Origin: Octopus bimaculoides
Lineage: Eukaryota
NCBI RefSeq assembly: GCF_001194135.2
Contig: NC_068983.1
Span: 68,676,950 to 68,740,949, forward strand
DNA length: 64,000 nt
Reading direction: 5' to 3'
A program made the position numbers and the translations under genes. The notes below the pieces were generated by a model, which was not told where the DNA came from, made no database searches, and saw only the letters and a program-made list of their open reading frames with translations. Position 1 is the first letter of the stretch, and the number at the start of each line of letters is the position of its first letter. Below are positions 46,000 through 57,765 of this stretch, in pieces.

Positions 46000-46717
46000 T
46001 TGGACACTAAACTCCACTTGTGAAGACCTGTTGAGGCAAGTGAAATCGAAATCGTCATGGCACCTGTGCCCAACGTCGCCTTCCTGGCACTTGTGCCGGT
46101 GGCATGTGTAAAGACATTTGAGCGAGATCGTTGCCAGTGCCGCTGGACTGGCTCCTGTGCAGGTGGCACATAAAATACACCATTTTGAGCGTGGCCGTTG
46201 CCAGTACCGCCTGACTGGCCTTCGTGCCGGTGGCACGTAAAAGCACCCACTACACTCTCGAAGTGGTTGGCGTTAGGAAGGGCATCCAGCTGTAGAAACT
46301 GCCAAATCAAATTGGAGCCTGGTGTAGCCATCTGGTTTCACCAGTCCTCAGTCAAATCNNNNNNNNNNNNNNNNNNNNNNNNNNNNNNNNNNNNNNNNNN
46401 NNNNNNNNNNNNNNNNNNNNNNNNNNNNNNNNNNNNNNNNNNNNNNNNNNNNNNNNNNNNNNNNNNNNNNNNNNNNNNNNNNNNNNNNNNNNNNNNNNNN
46501 NNNNNNNNNNNNNNNNNNNNNNNNNNNNNNNNNNNNNNNNNNNNNNNNNNNNNNNNNNNNNNNNNNNNNNNNNNNNNNNNNNNNNNNNNNNNNNNNNNNN
46601 NNNNNNNNNNNNNNNNNNNNNNNNNGGTGAAACCGGATGGCAACACCAGGCTCCAATCTAAATTTGGCAGAGTTTCTACAGCTGGATGCCCTTCCTAACG
46701 CCAACCACTCAGAGAGT
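46000..46717. mobile_element. Two young RTE 3' fragments tail-to-tail across a gap (+ 46000-46358; - 46626-46717)
   Basis: The same 3' UTR sequence appears in opposite orientations on each side of Ns 46359-46625. Confidence 0.85.
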
Positions 46718-47025
46718 GCATGTATATTTTTATTAATATCTAACCGAAGTAACACAGTGACTCAAGGTCCAGGAGTTTCGTGTGTTGGCACTTACCAAAA
46801 TAAGTCACAGGGTTTAAACACAGGCCTTCGAACTGTGACGGCTTTGATGAGTGCCAACGCACGAAACTCTCGGACCTTGAGTCACTCTGTTACTTTGCTA
46901 ATTATCAATAAAAATATATTTTGAGTTCTATTTTTCCTGTTTGCATCAACACATCTTTTTTTGATGAGCTCTATCGACAAACTCGAATGTGAGCATGAAG
47001 AATTATCATCTACTGTACTCAATGA

Positions 47026-47396
47026 GTGGAGGCGCAATGGCCCAGTGGTTAGGGCAGCGGACTCGCGGTTTCGATTCCCAGACCGGGCGTTGTGATTGTT
47101 TATTGAGCGAAAACACCTAAAGCACCACGAGGCCCCGGCAGGTGATGGTGGCGAACCTTGCTGTACTCTTCCACCACAACTTTCTCTCACTCTTACTCCC
47201 TGTTTCTGTTGTACCTGTAATTCAAAGGGCCAGCCTTGTCACACTGTGTCACGCTGAATATCCCCGAGAACTACGTTAAGGGTACACGTGTCTGTGGAGT
47301 GCTCAGCCACTTGCACGTTAATTTCACGAGCAGGCTGTTCCATTGATCGGATCAACTGGAACCCTCGATGTCGTAAGCGACGGAGTGCCAACAACA
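47026..47396 (+). mobile_element. Full-length young tRNA-derived SINE (family C) with 11-bp TSD
   Basis: Near-identical to 32814-33198. TSD GTACTCAATGA at 47015-47025 and 47397-47407. Confidence 0.92.
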
Positions 47397-48490
47397 GTAC
47401 TCAATGAAAAATATCTGTCTGTCTGTCTACACAGACACACATAAACATTAGTGAAAAACAATTTCTAAACAAAAGAACCGAGAGTCACTTTCAGATCCCC
47501 AAATTTCTCTACTACAGTAGTGTAGTATTTAAAGGCCTATAATTACAGCATTACCTTTCAGAAAGAGAAGAAACTGAATTAAATATCCTCTAAATTTAAA
47601 GGGCCCCCAAGCTTACTTGTTCCTAGTATCACACCCACATGAAGAATGTTATAAATCTGGGTAGAACAGCTGTTACTATCTTGCCGATGCATCCAATAAT
47701 GGTGCTAATGCATGCATAGATTGATTGATTGTTTGAGGTTATGATGTACAGTGGAGATGACAGAGAAGTAAACTGTCCACTAAAAGCATTGTCTTGATGG
47801 CTTGAACAACATAAAAAACGAACTTGTGCATATACGTGTATGTGTTTGTATTACATTGTCGCCCTCCTCAGACTGCGTTGGACCCCATGTGATAACGCAA
47901 CAGTGGGAGTCAGGAATTAAATGTTATTAACAATAAGAGCCGAAACCTGAACGGTAGAATTGTCGTGTATTGAACGTATCCACCTTTATATCTTGTATCT
48001 TTTACCTGTTTCAAGTCATTAGACTGCGGCCATACTGGAGCACCGCCTTGAGGAATTTTAGTCGTATTAATCGACCCACTACTTATTTTCTTTCTAAGCT
48101 TAGTACTTATTCTATCGGTTACTTTTGCCGAACTGCCAAGTTACGGGGACGTAAACACACCAATTGTTAAGTGGTGGTTGCGCGCGCTCGTACACACAAT
48201 CTAGTAGTTCAGTGTCTATTTTTCCATGCATGGGTCAAGCAAAAATTGTTGAAGCTGATGTTTCTATTGCGGTTGTTCTTCCTGTACCCAGGTCTCCTTT
48301 ATTTCGATGGTACTTTGAATAACGAACACAGCTCAATAGCTACACATACTTTCACACAGAACATTGTAAACAAATGTCACGATTTGAGTCGTAACTTCGT
48401 GTATTATCAGTGCGCAAACATCACGGCAGAGACACAAGCACACAGATCACCCCCACCACACCACACCACATACATGTATGTGTGTGCGAT

Positions 48491-48524
<34 letters not shown>

Positions 48525-49160
48525 GTGATAATGAAGGCGGCTGTACGTAATGTAAAACCAAAAAGGAAAAATTTAGTTGTCACTAATTGTGACTGACGGT
48601 GCAGGGTACCACTTACATTGCTAGAAATAAAGAGTTAAAATACCTTAACCGCAAGGAGGCACAGTTACATTCACCGGCAGGGGGAGATAACCGCATCACA
48701 GTGAGCAAGATCAGTATACTAGTCTAGTTTCGCTTAAAAATTAAAGCTCATCAATGGTCATTACTGTATCGCTGTATAGTTTGACTAAATCCTGAGTGTC
48801 CGTATTTGGCATATGAATCTCTTTTTGATTCGGCAAAATGGGAATGGGAAAATTATAAAATAACGAAAGTGGCTCTAAACAATATAAAACCAAAAAGGAC
48901 GCGCATTCCACCATTATGGTTGTTTGGAACCCCTAGAATAGGTATTCCAAATGCTTAGCCACAACGGATCATCAGGGATCATATTGCATTAAGTTGCTGA
49001 TAGCTATGTCTCATTGTTAACATTTATTCTGTAGTTTACAACTGTTAATACTACTTGGTATAGAAGCTACTTAATATCTATACAGAAAGCAAACTGGATT
49101 ATGAATATCAACGTGAGCTCTAAACATGACAGTCGTACGTCCACTTGAACCCACAATTTC

Positions 49161-49224
<64 letters not shown>

Positions 49225-49254
49225 GCATATGTAAATATATGCATGTATATATAT

Positions 49255-49480
49255 GTAGTGGCTGTGTGGTAAGTACCTTGCTTACCAACCACATGGTTCC
49301 GGCTTCAGTCCCACTGCATGGCACCTTGGGCAAGTGTCTTCTACTATAGTGGATTTGGTAGACGGAAACTGAGAGAAGTCCATCGTATATATGTATATAT
49401 ATGTGTTTGTAGTCCTGGGGTCGATTTGCCCGACTAAAAGGTGGTGCTCCAGCATGGCCGCAGTCAAATGACAAACAAAA
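49255..49480 (+). mobile_element. SINE family A with internal deletions
   Basis: GTGGCTGTGTGGTAAG...TTCAGTCCC head and ...GCATGGCCGCAGTCAAATGAC end. Confidence 0.8.
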
Positions 49481-49537
49481 GAATGTATGTATATATATAC
49501 ATATGTATATATATATGTGTGTGTGTGTATATATATG

Positions 49538-49577
<40 letters not shown>

Positions 49578-49663
49578 GATATATATATATATATACTATG
49601 ATTGACCGTTGACTGAACACTATTCAATTTCTTTTCTCCGTGTTTTTCTCCTTGTCTCCGTAT

Positions 49664-49700
49664 TCTTTCTGTTGAAGAGCGTAGCTCGAAACATTAAAGA
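49664..49700 (+). ncRNA. Minimal type-I hammerhead ribozyme motif in a Penelope-like fragment (about 49600-49790)
   Basis: TCTTT-CTGTTGA-A-GAGC-GTA-GCTC-GAAAC-ATT-AAAGA. Stem I (5 bp) and stem II (4 bp) are perfect, with two core substitutions. Confidence 0.65.
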
Positions 49701-50404
49701 CTTTCCGTATTCCCGAGCGTCATACTAATACATCCTTTTGTTGTTTACACCACCTGTCCTCGTCTGTTGTTGTTTTTTCGTACATTCTCCCATATATATA
49801 TAAGGCATTGGATAAATACCTGACAGTTGCAAATTCCAGTGCGTCGGCAGTGGACGTTTCCAATTGGCTAAAAATACATAATTGTAACTTTTTAATAATT
49901 AATTTTTAGGGAAAATAAATGTAATTTTCGTGCCCGGCATGCAAAACTACTTCAGTGTAGAAAATTTGAAAAATTCTGGTGGTTATTTGGAGAGAGTTAA
50001 GAAATATCCAAATTTGGTACTTACTCTATTTGTCTTTATTTTGATGAGATGTTAAGTTACAAGGATGTTAACAAACAAACTCCACTTGTCAAGTGGTGTC
50101 ACATAAAGACAAGTTACGGAGACACAACAAGCACGTAAACACATGTATATATACGATGGGGTTCCACACAGTTTCCGTCTAATTCTCTTAAAGAATTAGT
50201 CAGGCCAGGGTCATAGTGGAGAGCACTTGTCAAAGTGCGGCACAATGAGACTGAACCTGAAACCACATAGTTTCGAAGCTAATTTATCTACACAGCCGCG
50301 TTTACATTAATTCATTATATATCACCAGGAAATACTAAAATACTACGCTATAGCGTATAGTACGATACAACGATTCAATACAAAATAGTATACCACGACA
50401 ATAT

Positions 50405-51010
50405 ACGTCCATCCAACTACCCTCTTCCGCTGACTATTCTTAGGAGATGGTGGCACTTCTTCCATAGGGTCCTATCAGAAGCAATTTACGGTTGGATTCC
50501 TAAGCGTGACCTACTTAGCCTATGGATATCCAACCATCTCGTTTTTGGTCTCCTGCCGATTGTCTTGGCTTGAAGAATCCATCATGTAATACTTTCTTTT
50601 GACATTCTGCTCACATGTCCGTACTACCAGATGTTCTGATCTCACAATGCAGATAAGTAGCGGCTCGGCCTGGAGAGACCCCTTGGTCTCTGAGCTATGC
50701 ACCCGCTTGTTTTTTGCAATCATACTTTTTAGGCATTACCCAACAATCATGACATAGCTGAGGATAGGTACGAAAACTGGTTTGGCTTTTTATTTATTAA
50801 TTTTTTTTTTCTGTACGACCCCCCCCCCCCNNNNNNNNNNNNNNCCCCCCCTTGAGGATCGAATCTTGGAGGTTGTGCAATTCTCGTATCCAATTCAGCC
50901 TCCTGCTTCCAATCACTCGTGAATGCGGCTCCAAGATACTTCAACTTCTCCATTCGTCTCAAGTGATGTGACACTGACATGCAGAACGCAGTTGGAAAAC
51001 GTTCTTGAGA
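50405..51010 (-). mobile_element. Expander/Rex3-like RTE fragment, colinear copy
   Basis: EKLKYLGAAFTSDWKQEAELDTRIAQ through YGHV.RMS to GRRP, all on minus. Shares TCTTCCATAGGGTCCTATCAGAA with the 40.2 kb copy. Confidence 0.75.
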
Positions 51011-51061
51011 GGACCAATGTCTCAGTCTTCGCACTTCACAATATTACATTACACAATCAGA

Positions 51062-51240
51062 CGTCGAGCTGGCAGAATCGTTAGCACTCTGGGCAAAATG
51101 CATAGTGGTATTTCATCCGTATTTACGTTCTGAGTTCAAATACCACCGAGGTCTTTTCGGGTGTTGTTAAAATAAGGACCAGTTGAGCACTGGGGTCGAT
51201 GTAATTGACTTACACTCTCCCTCAAAATTTGAAACCAATG
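51062..51240 (+). mobile_element. SINE family D (possibly Nin-domain type)
   Basis: TGGCAGAATCG...GAGTTCAAATACC head and CTGGGGTCGATGTAATTGACT core. Degenerate reverse copies at about 10620-10830, 29570-29700 and 43935-44110. The domain name is a recollection. Confidence 0.6.
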
Positions 51241-51669
51241 TTACATTACATAATATATAAGATTATAATACCACACTGCATTGCATAGAAATACACAGAT
51301 CTCAAAACTGCACCACACAACCATTCAATACCACATTACACTTTAATATTCTACATTATACTAACTAATGAAGTAGCCTCTACGTGGTCGCGCAACGTAT
51401 TAGAAACAGCAGCCAAATCTCTAATATTCCATTTTACTATCTTAAAAAAAAAAACAAAAAAAGTTTGGTTTGTGTAGTCTGGGTAACGCTGCCTGAATAC
51501 AAAACTGGGATGATCATAGCTGGAATGTCTTTGACCCTAAGTTTACTTAATCAGGGATTAGACAGCAGCGGTGACACCACAATGTATCATACCAAACACT
51601 ACCATGCTATACCTGTACATTAAATGAATGAGTCTTCATCATTTTCACGATGAGTATTCAGTTGTTCAG

Positions 51670-51800
51670 TCGGTCAACTGAACTTAACTGAATTAGTGTG
51701 TAAATGGTTGAATATTCCACAGACGCGTATACACTTTAATGTAATTTTCAAGTGACGGACTGTGGGATGGCTGGATCTTTAAATTACGGGTATAACCCCT
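51670..51800 (-). mobile_element. Old fragment of SINE family C
   Basis: Degenerate reverse match to the family C body. Confidence 0.55.
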
Positions 51801-52611
51801 CCGTCGGGCATCCGCACAATTTCCGTCTGCTCTGTTTTACTCACGAAGTTTTGCTCAACTCAAAGCTATGGTAAAGATTTCTCCAGCTGCTGGGCCGTGG
51901 ATATTTTTCTACTGGGCCGCACAAAAAGAATGAATCTTAAAGCTGTATTTCTATTTTGACGATCACAGTCTGTTGGGTGATTTTGCATTAAATATGTCTG
52001 TATGTAAATGTATTATATAATTAAAGTATGTATTATACATTTTATTGTATTTTGTTATGCACGTGATCCCCTGGTTTGTAGAAAAATTGTCTTGCATGAA
52101 ACCGTTTTGTGATGCAAAAGAGGTTGTGGAGCGCTGGTAAAAGGCACTTAAAGTGTTACGCAATAGGATGGAACTCGGGATCTTGTAATTACGAAGTAAA
52201 TTTTCACCATTCGTTCTTCTCACGCTGTACTACACTACAATTATATTGCATAATACGTTATACTAGTTCGTGGTTCTCAAACTGACATATTAGCCTCACA
52301 AAAAATATTAGTGAAAATGGTCTCTGGTTCTTTATTAACAGAAAGACGTTAGAATTTACACCCATCTTATTTTTTCTTCGTTATTATAGACAAATTCAAG
52401 CGCGCCTATATGTATGTATGTATATGATAAAAGAATCCATCGAAGAATGGAGTTAGCAAATTATGTTTATTGCTCAGTTTACAATTGTTTCGTCGATTTC
52501 CATTACAACCAGCCTTGCATCATGTCGTTATCATGTCAATAATAACTGATTTATTTTCATGCACTCTGCTCGGCGGAATCAACTCAGAAGGACGTCTCAA
52601 GACGCAATTCA

Positions 52612-52649
<38 letters not shown>

Positions 52650-53865
52650 TGGAAATTTGTCTGTCTCCTTTTCAGTCCTGACAGCATTTACTTCTCTGAG
52701 AACAGCTTTATTATACCACACAACAGTATTGTATGGTTGTCATATAAATCTATAGCAAAAATTGAACTCCTGGGGAATCGAGTCTACGATCAAGTTTCGA
52801 GTCCCGCCACAATTTAACCGATGCCATACTCGAACTGAGAAAGCCACGAATGTCACATGATTTCACATCACTCTGTTATATTTCATCAGTGTATTTTCGC
52901 AACAACAAAAAAGAAAAAAGTGCTTACAACTAAAACGAGTCAACGAGGGGGATACAGGGATCAGGGTTTCAGCAGAAGTGCGGAAACGAGGGCAACAGGA
53001 ACAAGTCTGAAAATCAGTTGGAATGATATAGTTAGAATGTTGTGATCATTTTCTCTATCTGGACTGACCTAGGGTTAAATTACAACAGTAGCAATGCTCT
53101 CAGCTATAGCAAAAAAGAAAAAAAAACAAGTAATATCAACAGTCAACAATAACAACAATAATAGTTACTTTCGCCCTCCCATTTCCCTGTACCGCCACCA
53201 ACACTCCCTATGTTGTTTTTGTAATAAGAACAGCAACATTAACATTAATTATTGTCCTCAAATGTCAATATGTTGGCAATGATGGAGACATTAAACAGTA
53301 AACTGTTCATCTAATTCTATGTCATCTGGTACAACAACAACAGCAGAACCACGACGACTATAGAAGTAGCTATAACAACTATAATTGTAATAACTGAACA
53401 ATAACAACATAATCACCAATAATACTGACATCATAATACCAAAAAAAAAAAAAACACGCCAACTCGTCGGCACCCCATCCATCACTCTCAATCCTTCATT
53501 AGCATTTTCAGTTACTCTACCGCCATCCACCCATCACAAACAAGACCACCATCGCCAACAACAGCAATAACAACAACACTTTCGAGCTCCCTATCAACAA
53601 CACAATTAGCACAATCAACATAGAGACCTCTACGTAATTGATCGTCCTGCTAGAACATGTTACACTATATAGTTCTAGATATAAAAAGATGTGATGGTCA
53701 AAGCTAGAAATTCCATGACCGTGGGTCTTCTCAGTCCAGACTAACCAATAACAACAACATAAGTTCAGTTATGTCCTACATAGGCTAAGTAGCAACAACA
53801 ATATTAACAACAGTCCCTGCAACAATAATAGTCATACAAAACGATTACCCTAACCCACTGGAAGC

Positions 53866-54105
53866 GTGTGGCATAGTAGTTTGGATATTGCACTCACGAT
53901 TGTGAGATAACGGTTTCGATTCCCGGACCGGGCGGTGAGTTGTGTTCCTAATAGAATCACTTCATCTCACGGTGCGCTGCGATCACTTCGACATCTGATG
54001 TGTGACACACCGTGCACCTGTTCAGACAACGTCAATTTGATGGCGGGAGTGAACTCATCTACATCACAAACATTTGATCGCTGTAAACAAATCTGTGCAC
54101 AAGAA
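53866..54105 (+). mobile_element. tRNA-derived SINE (family E), intergenic copy
   Basis: TGGCATAGTAG / GGTTTCGATTCC boxes; body shared with 36770-36945. Confidence 0.72.
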
Positions 54106-56367
54106 ATTGTTGAACCCTCATCTCTGTCGCCTACAAGACAGTCTACTAGTCTACGACATCCTAACCACTAATAACATCAGAACAATACACGCAGAAAACC
54201 CCCCATCGTTAATAGCAGTACCATCAACATCACTAACAATACCACCAATACCATCATACTGTTAACAACTACAATGCCTTAATATAACATTCACATTGCA
54301 GCAATACAAGAACCAATGCTTCAATACCAATATAGGGTCCCATGAAATCCATAATCACACCTTTATAAAACAGGACATGCTAAACTATGGTAGAAATCTT
54401 ATACTTAAAAACTATGCATTTAATACATTGATACCGCAAATGATACTGAAAAGGTATGATAATATACCATGCAAATATTATACGTAAGACCCCGAAATCT
54501 ATAAATATAATAAACATATTTACGATATTTATGAATATAATACATACATATCACCCGTCTCACCAGACGACACTTTTCATTCAACAACAACACAACGCAT
54601 GTATACGTATTATTGGAGAGGTTTCAACATAGAACATCTTTGTATAAAACATTACAAATAATCTGAGAGACATTTTATATCTAAATTCCCTGTTAAAACG
54701 ACAAAATACCTTACATCTCAATTGACTTTGGCCAGTTTCTTCCATTTGGTACTAGAAAAGCAATAGATACCACAATTTAAAACCCACAAGGTTTGACAAA
54801 GTCACAAATGTATATCTAAAACGCACTAATCTTGAAGGAATTATCATTCATCAGCATCTTCAATTCCCCTTGCACACATTACCAAATCCCCGAACTCTGG
54901 AAGAAAAAAAATCATCACACAGACACCTCCATTACATATCCCTAAACTCCAGAAACACTGACCTTCGATATCGCCAACCACACACTTCTTTTTCCAATTC
55001 TCAATATTCTGGCCACTGTACACTATCCACGCTACTAACGAAGGTATCTCTCCAGAGTCACTTGACATGTTAGAAATAGCAGCCAAATTCTTCCTAACAA
55101 CACACTCTACCATCTTTAAAAAAAAGCATATTTTCGATAATGTAGTTCTGTTTTCATGGCTTGAGGAAAAGATGGGATGGTCATAGCTGGAAAATATTCG
55201 ATTATAGATCTGTTCAATCAGGGCTGGCCTGGCGCTCAATAACAACGAGCAACAGCTTCCATTTAACTCCTAAACATCACACAAAAGATCACGGCGGTTT
55301 CAGANNNNNNNNNNNNNNNCCACAAAAAAAAACCTTTCATTCTTACTAGTATCGAAATCATCAAAACATTTAAGTCCATTTTCCGCCATCCGCTTATAAA
55401 GCAAGCGGATAAATATCTTCAGAAATAAAAATATCAGGCTGGCGAACTGTTTTCTGAAATCGTCAAACATATGTACCGTATATTAGAACATCTAGAATGT
55501 GTAATTTTCCGAGCAATGTACTACAAGAATCCCTCCACTCACCCAAGTTAAAAAAAATTATACCTATCCAACCTTCCCACATCTCCGCGAAACATGCGTA
55601 CTATGTGAGGTATACTGTGAAAGTCACATCCCTTTACTATTCCCCAGACACGTCTGTACAACTACATTAAACTCATAGGAACCTGGTTCGTAATAAATAG
55701 CCTAAATCTAACTTTAACGAAGCCACTATTTACCTTCTTAACAGCAACACTAAAGACTATTGAATACAAGTTCGCATACTTAACATAACACCATCAGCTT
55801 GTCTCAAGTGAAGCAGCTTTGGCTCAAGTATGGACCAAGGTCGAGCATTTGGTACCTGAAATGTTACCCGGATTCATTTCAATCTAGTTGCAGATCAACG
55901 CGACCGATGGAACATCTCCCCTTCCATTCTAAATAGGACAAGTGGAGGAAAAGTATGAGCGATTCTGGTCGTTGACGAGGTCCGCCTGAGTTGTCTCTTT
56001 GGGATGGCATTCAAGTCAAGGATTATGGACATTCTCCTGTTGGCGTGGTAGTATAAAAAGGGCTATTTCATGTTGGAGGAAGACTCTACAGGAATATAAG
56101 TGTTTCTAACCTGCACGCTGGGCTGCGACACCTTGTACGCACTTGTTCAGTGTCTATCCATTGCTGATTTGTGGGTTTGTGTCGAACAGCTGCTCTTACG
56201 TGCAAGACGAATTTGAAATCTCAGTTTTTGTATTCGATACTTTAATTGCCCACTAATACTATGAGCCCTTGTGGTCAATAAATTATGATTATAACCCCTA
56301 CCATATTTCATGTAACTTGTCTTTGCAATGACCCCGATAGCCGACAACTGGGAGTAAATAAAAAAAT

Positions 56368-56424
<57 letters not shown>
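56368..56424 (+). repeat. Compound microsatellite (TAC)11(TGC)8
   Basis: Read directly. Confidence 0.95.
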
Positions 56425-56431
56425 CCACCTC

Positions 56432-57643
56432 TCTCTCTGGGGGAGGCAGTGCACTGAGTGACATCGCTGTGTTACTTCGCAAGTGAAATTTGTGTGTTTG
56501 TGATCACGTGTATGCTGTAGTCTGCGATTTTGTCATGGAACAAAGAGCCAATGTGAAATTTTGCGTTAAACTCGGGAAGTCTGCTACACAGACATTGAGC
56601 ATGCTCCGGCAAGCTTACAGCGACGAGGCAACGGGTCGGACGCATTGTTTTGAGTGGCACGGGTGCTTCAAAAACGGAAAAACGTCCCTGGAAGACGGTG
56701 AGCGTCACTCCCGGAAATGTGGAGAAAATTCATCAGCTTGTACATGAGGATCGTCGGAGGACAGTCAACGACATTGCCAATGTAGTTGGTCTGTTGTATG
56801 GGTTCATGCAAGCAATCCTAACGTTTAAATGAACATGCGATGTGTCTCTGCCAAGTTTATTCCCCGCCTGATGACCACTGTGTACAAAGAATACCGCATC
56901 GAAGTCTGTAAAGATCTCCGTCAGCGTGCCACTGATGACCCATTCTTCATAACAAGGATTATCACCGGTGACGAGAGTTGGGCCTACGGGTACGACCTTG
57001 AGGCGAACAGCAGTCCTCACAATAGAAGAGCCCTTCATCACTACGACCAAAGAAAGCCCGTCTAAGCCTCAGCTCAATCAAGAGAATGCTCATAATTTTT
57101 TTCGACATCCGCGGTATTGTGCATCGAGAATACGGCCTCCAGGACCAGACCATAAATCGAGAGTTCTGCTACGACGTTTTGAAGCGTTTGAGGGAGGAGA
57201 TTAGGCGAAAGCAACGGGATCCGTGGAGCGCGACGAATTGGATTCTTCACGATAACAACGGACCTTGTTACTGAGCTCTCCTCACTCGTGAGTCTCTTGC
57301 ACCCGTCCTATTCGCCAGATTTAGCAGATGTGGTATCGCTTCCGCACCCGTCCTATTCACTAGATTTAGCAAATGTGGACTTCCATCTCTTCCCCAAGAT
57401 GAAAATGCAACTCAAAGGTCGCTGTTTTAACACCGTTGTCGAGATCAAGAGCGAATCGCAGAAGGTCCTCGACTCGCTTACGGAAAACGATTTCCAGGCC
57501 AGATTCCAAAAGTGGCAGGAATGCTGGGACCGGTGTATTGCTGCGCAAGGTAACTATTTAGAAGGAGACAATATTAAAACTTAGTTAAATAAGTTATTTT
57601 CTATTAAACATAACTAGTCCGGGAACCTTTTGACACTACCTCT
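56432..57643 (+). mobile_element. Decayed mariner transposon (different subfamily); left TIR missing
   Basis: MEQRANVKFCVKLGKSATQT (ATG 56535), ITGDESW, ILHDN, HPSYSPDLA, stop at 57584. Right TIR ...GGGAACCTTTTGACACTACCTCT followed by TA. Frameshifted. Confidence 0.9.
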
Positions 57644-57709
57644 TAAGTTGTGTTATTTTGTTGGGTGGTATTTGTAGTTTGTATTTACTATGTGACTAGT
57701 CTTAGTAGT

Positions 57710-57710
<1 letters not shown>

Positions 57711-57764
<54 letters not shown>
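57711..57764 (+). repeat. Compound microsatellite (GCA)6(GTA)12
   Basis: Read directly; reverse complement of the 56368-56424 tract. Confidence 0.95.

Positions 57765-57765
<1 letters not shown>

Noticed and set aside
46071-46260. CRISPR-like repeat/spacer appearance of palindromic units
   Set aside because: Eukaryotic context, only 2-3 units, inside a LINE 3' UTR, spacers homologous to each other, no cas genes.
48617-48620. Apparent 4-nt minus-strand microexon (tttctAG-CAAT-GTAAGT)
   Set aside because: The pyrimidine tract resembles the SINE-A tail in reverse, and there is no host gene context.
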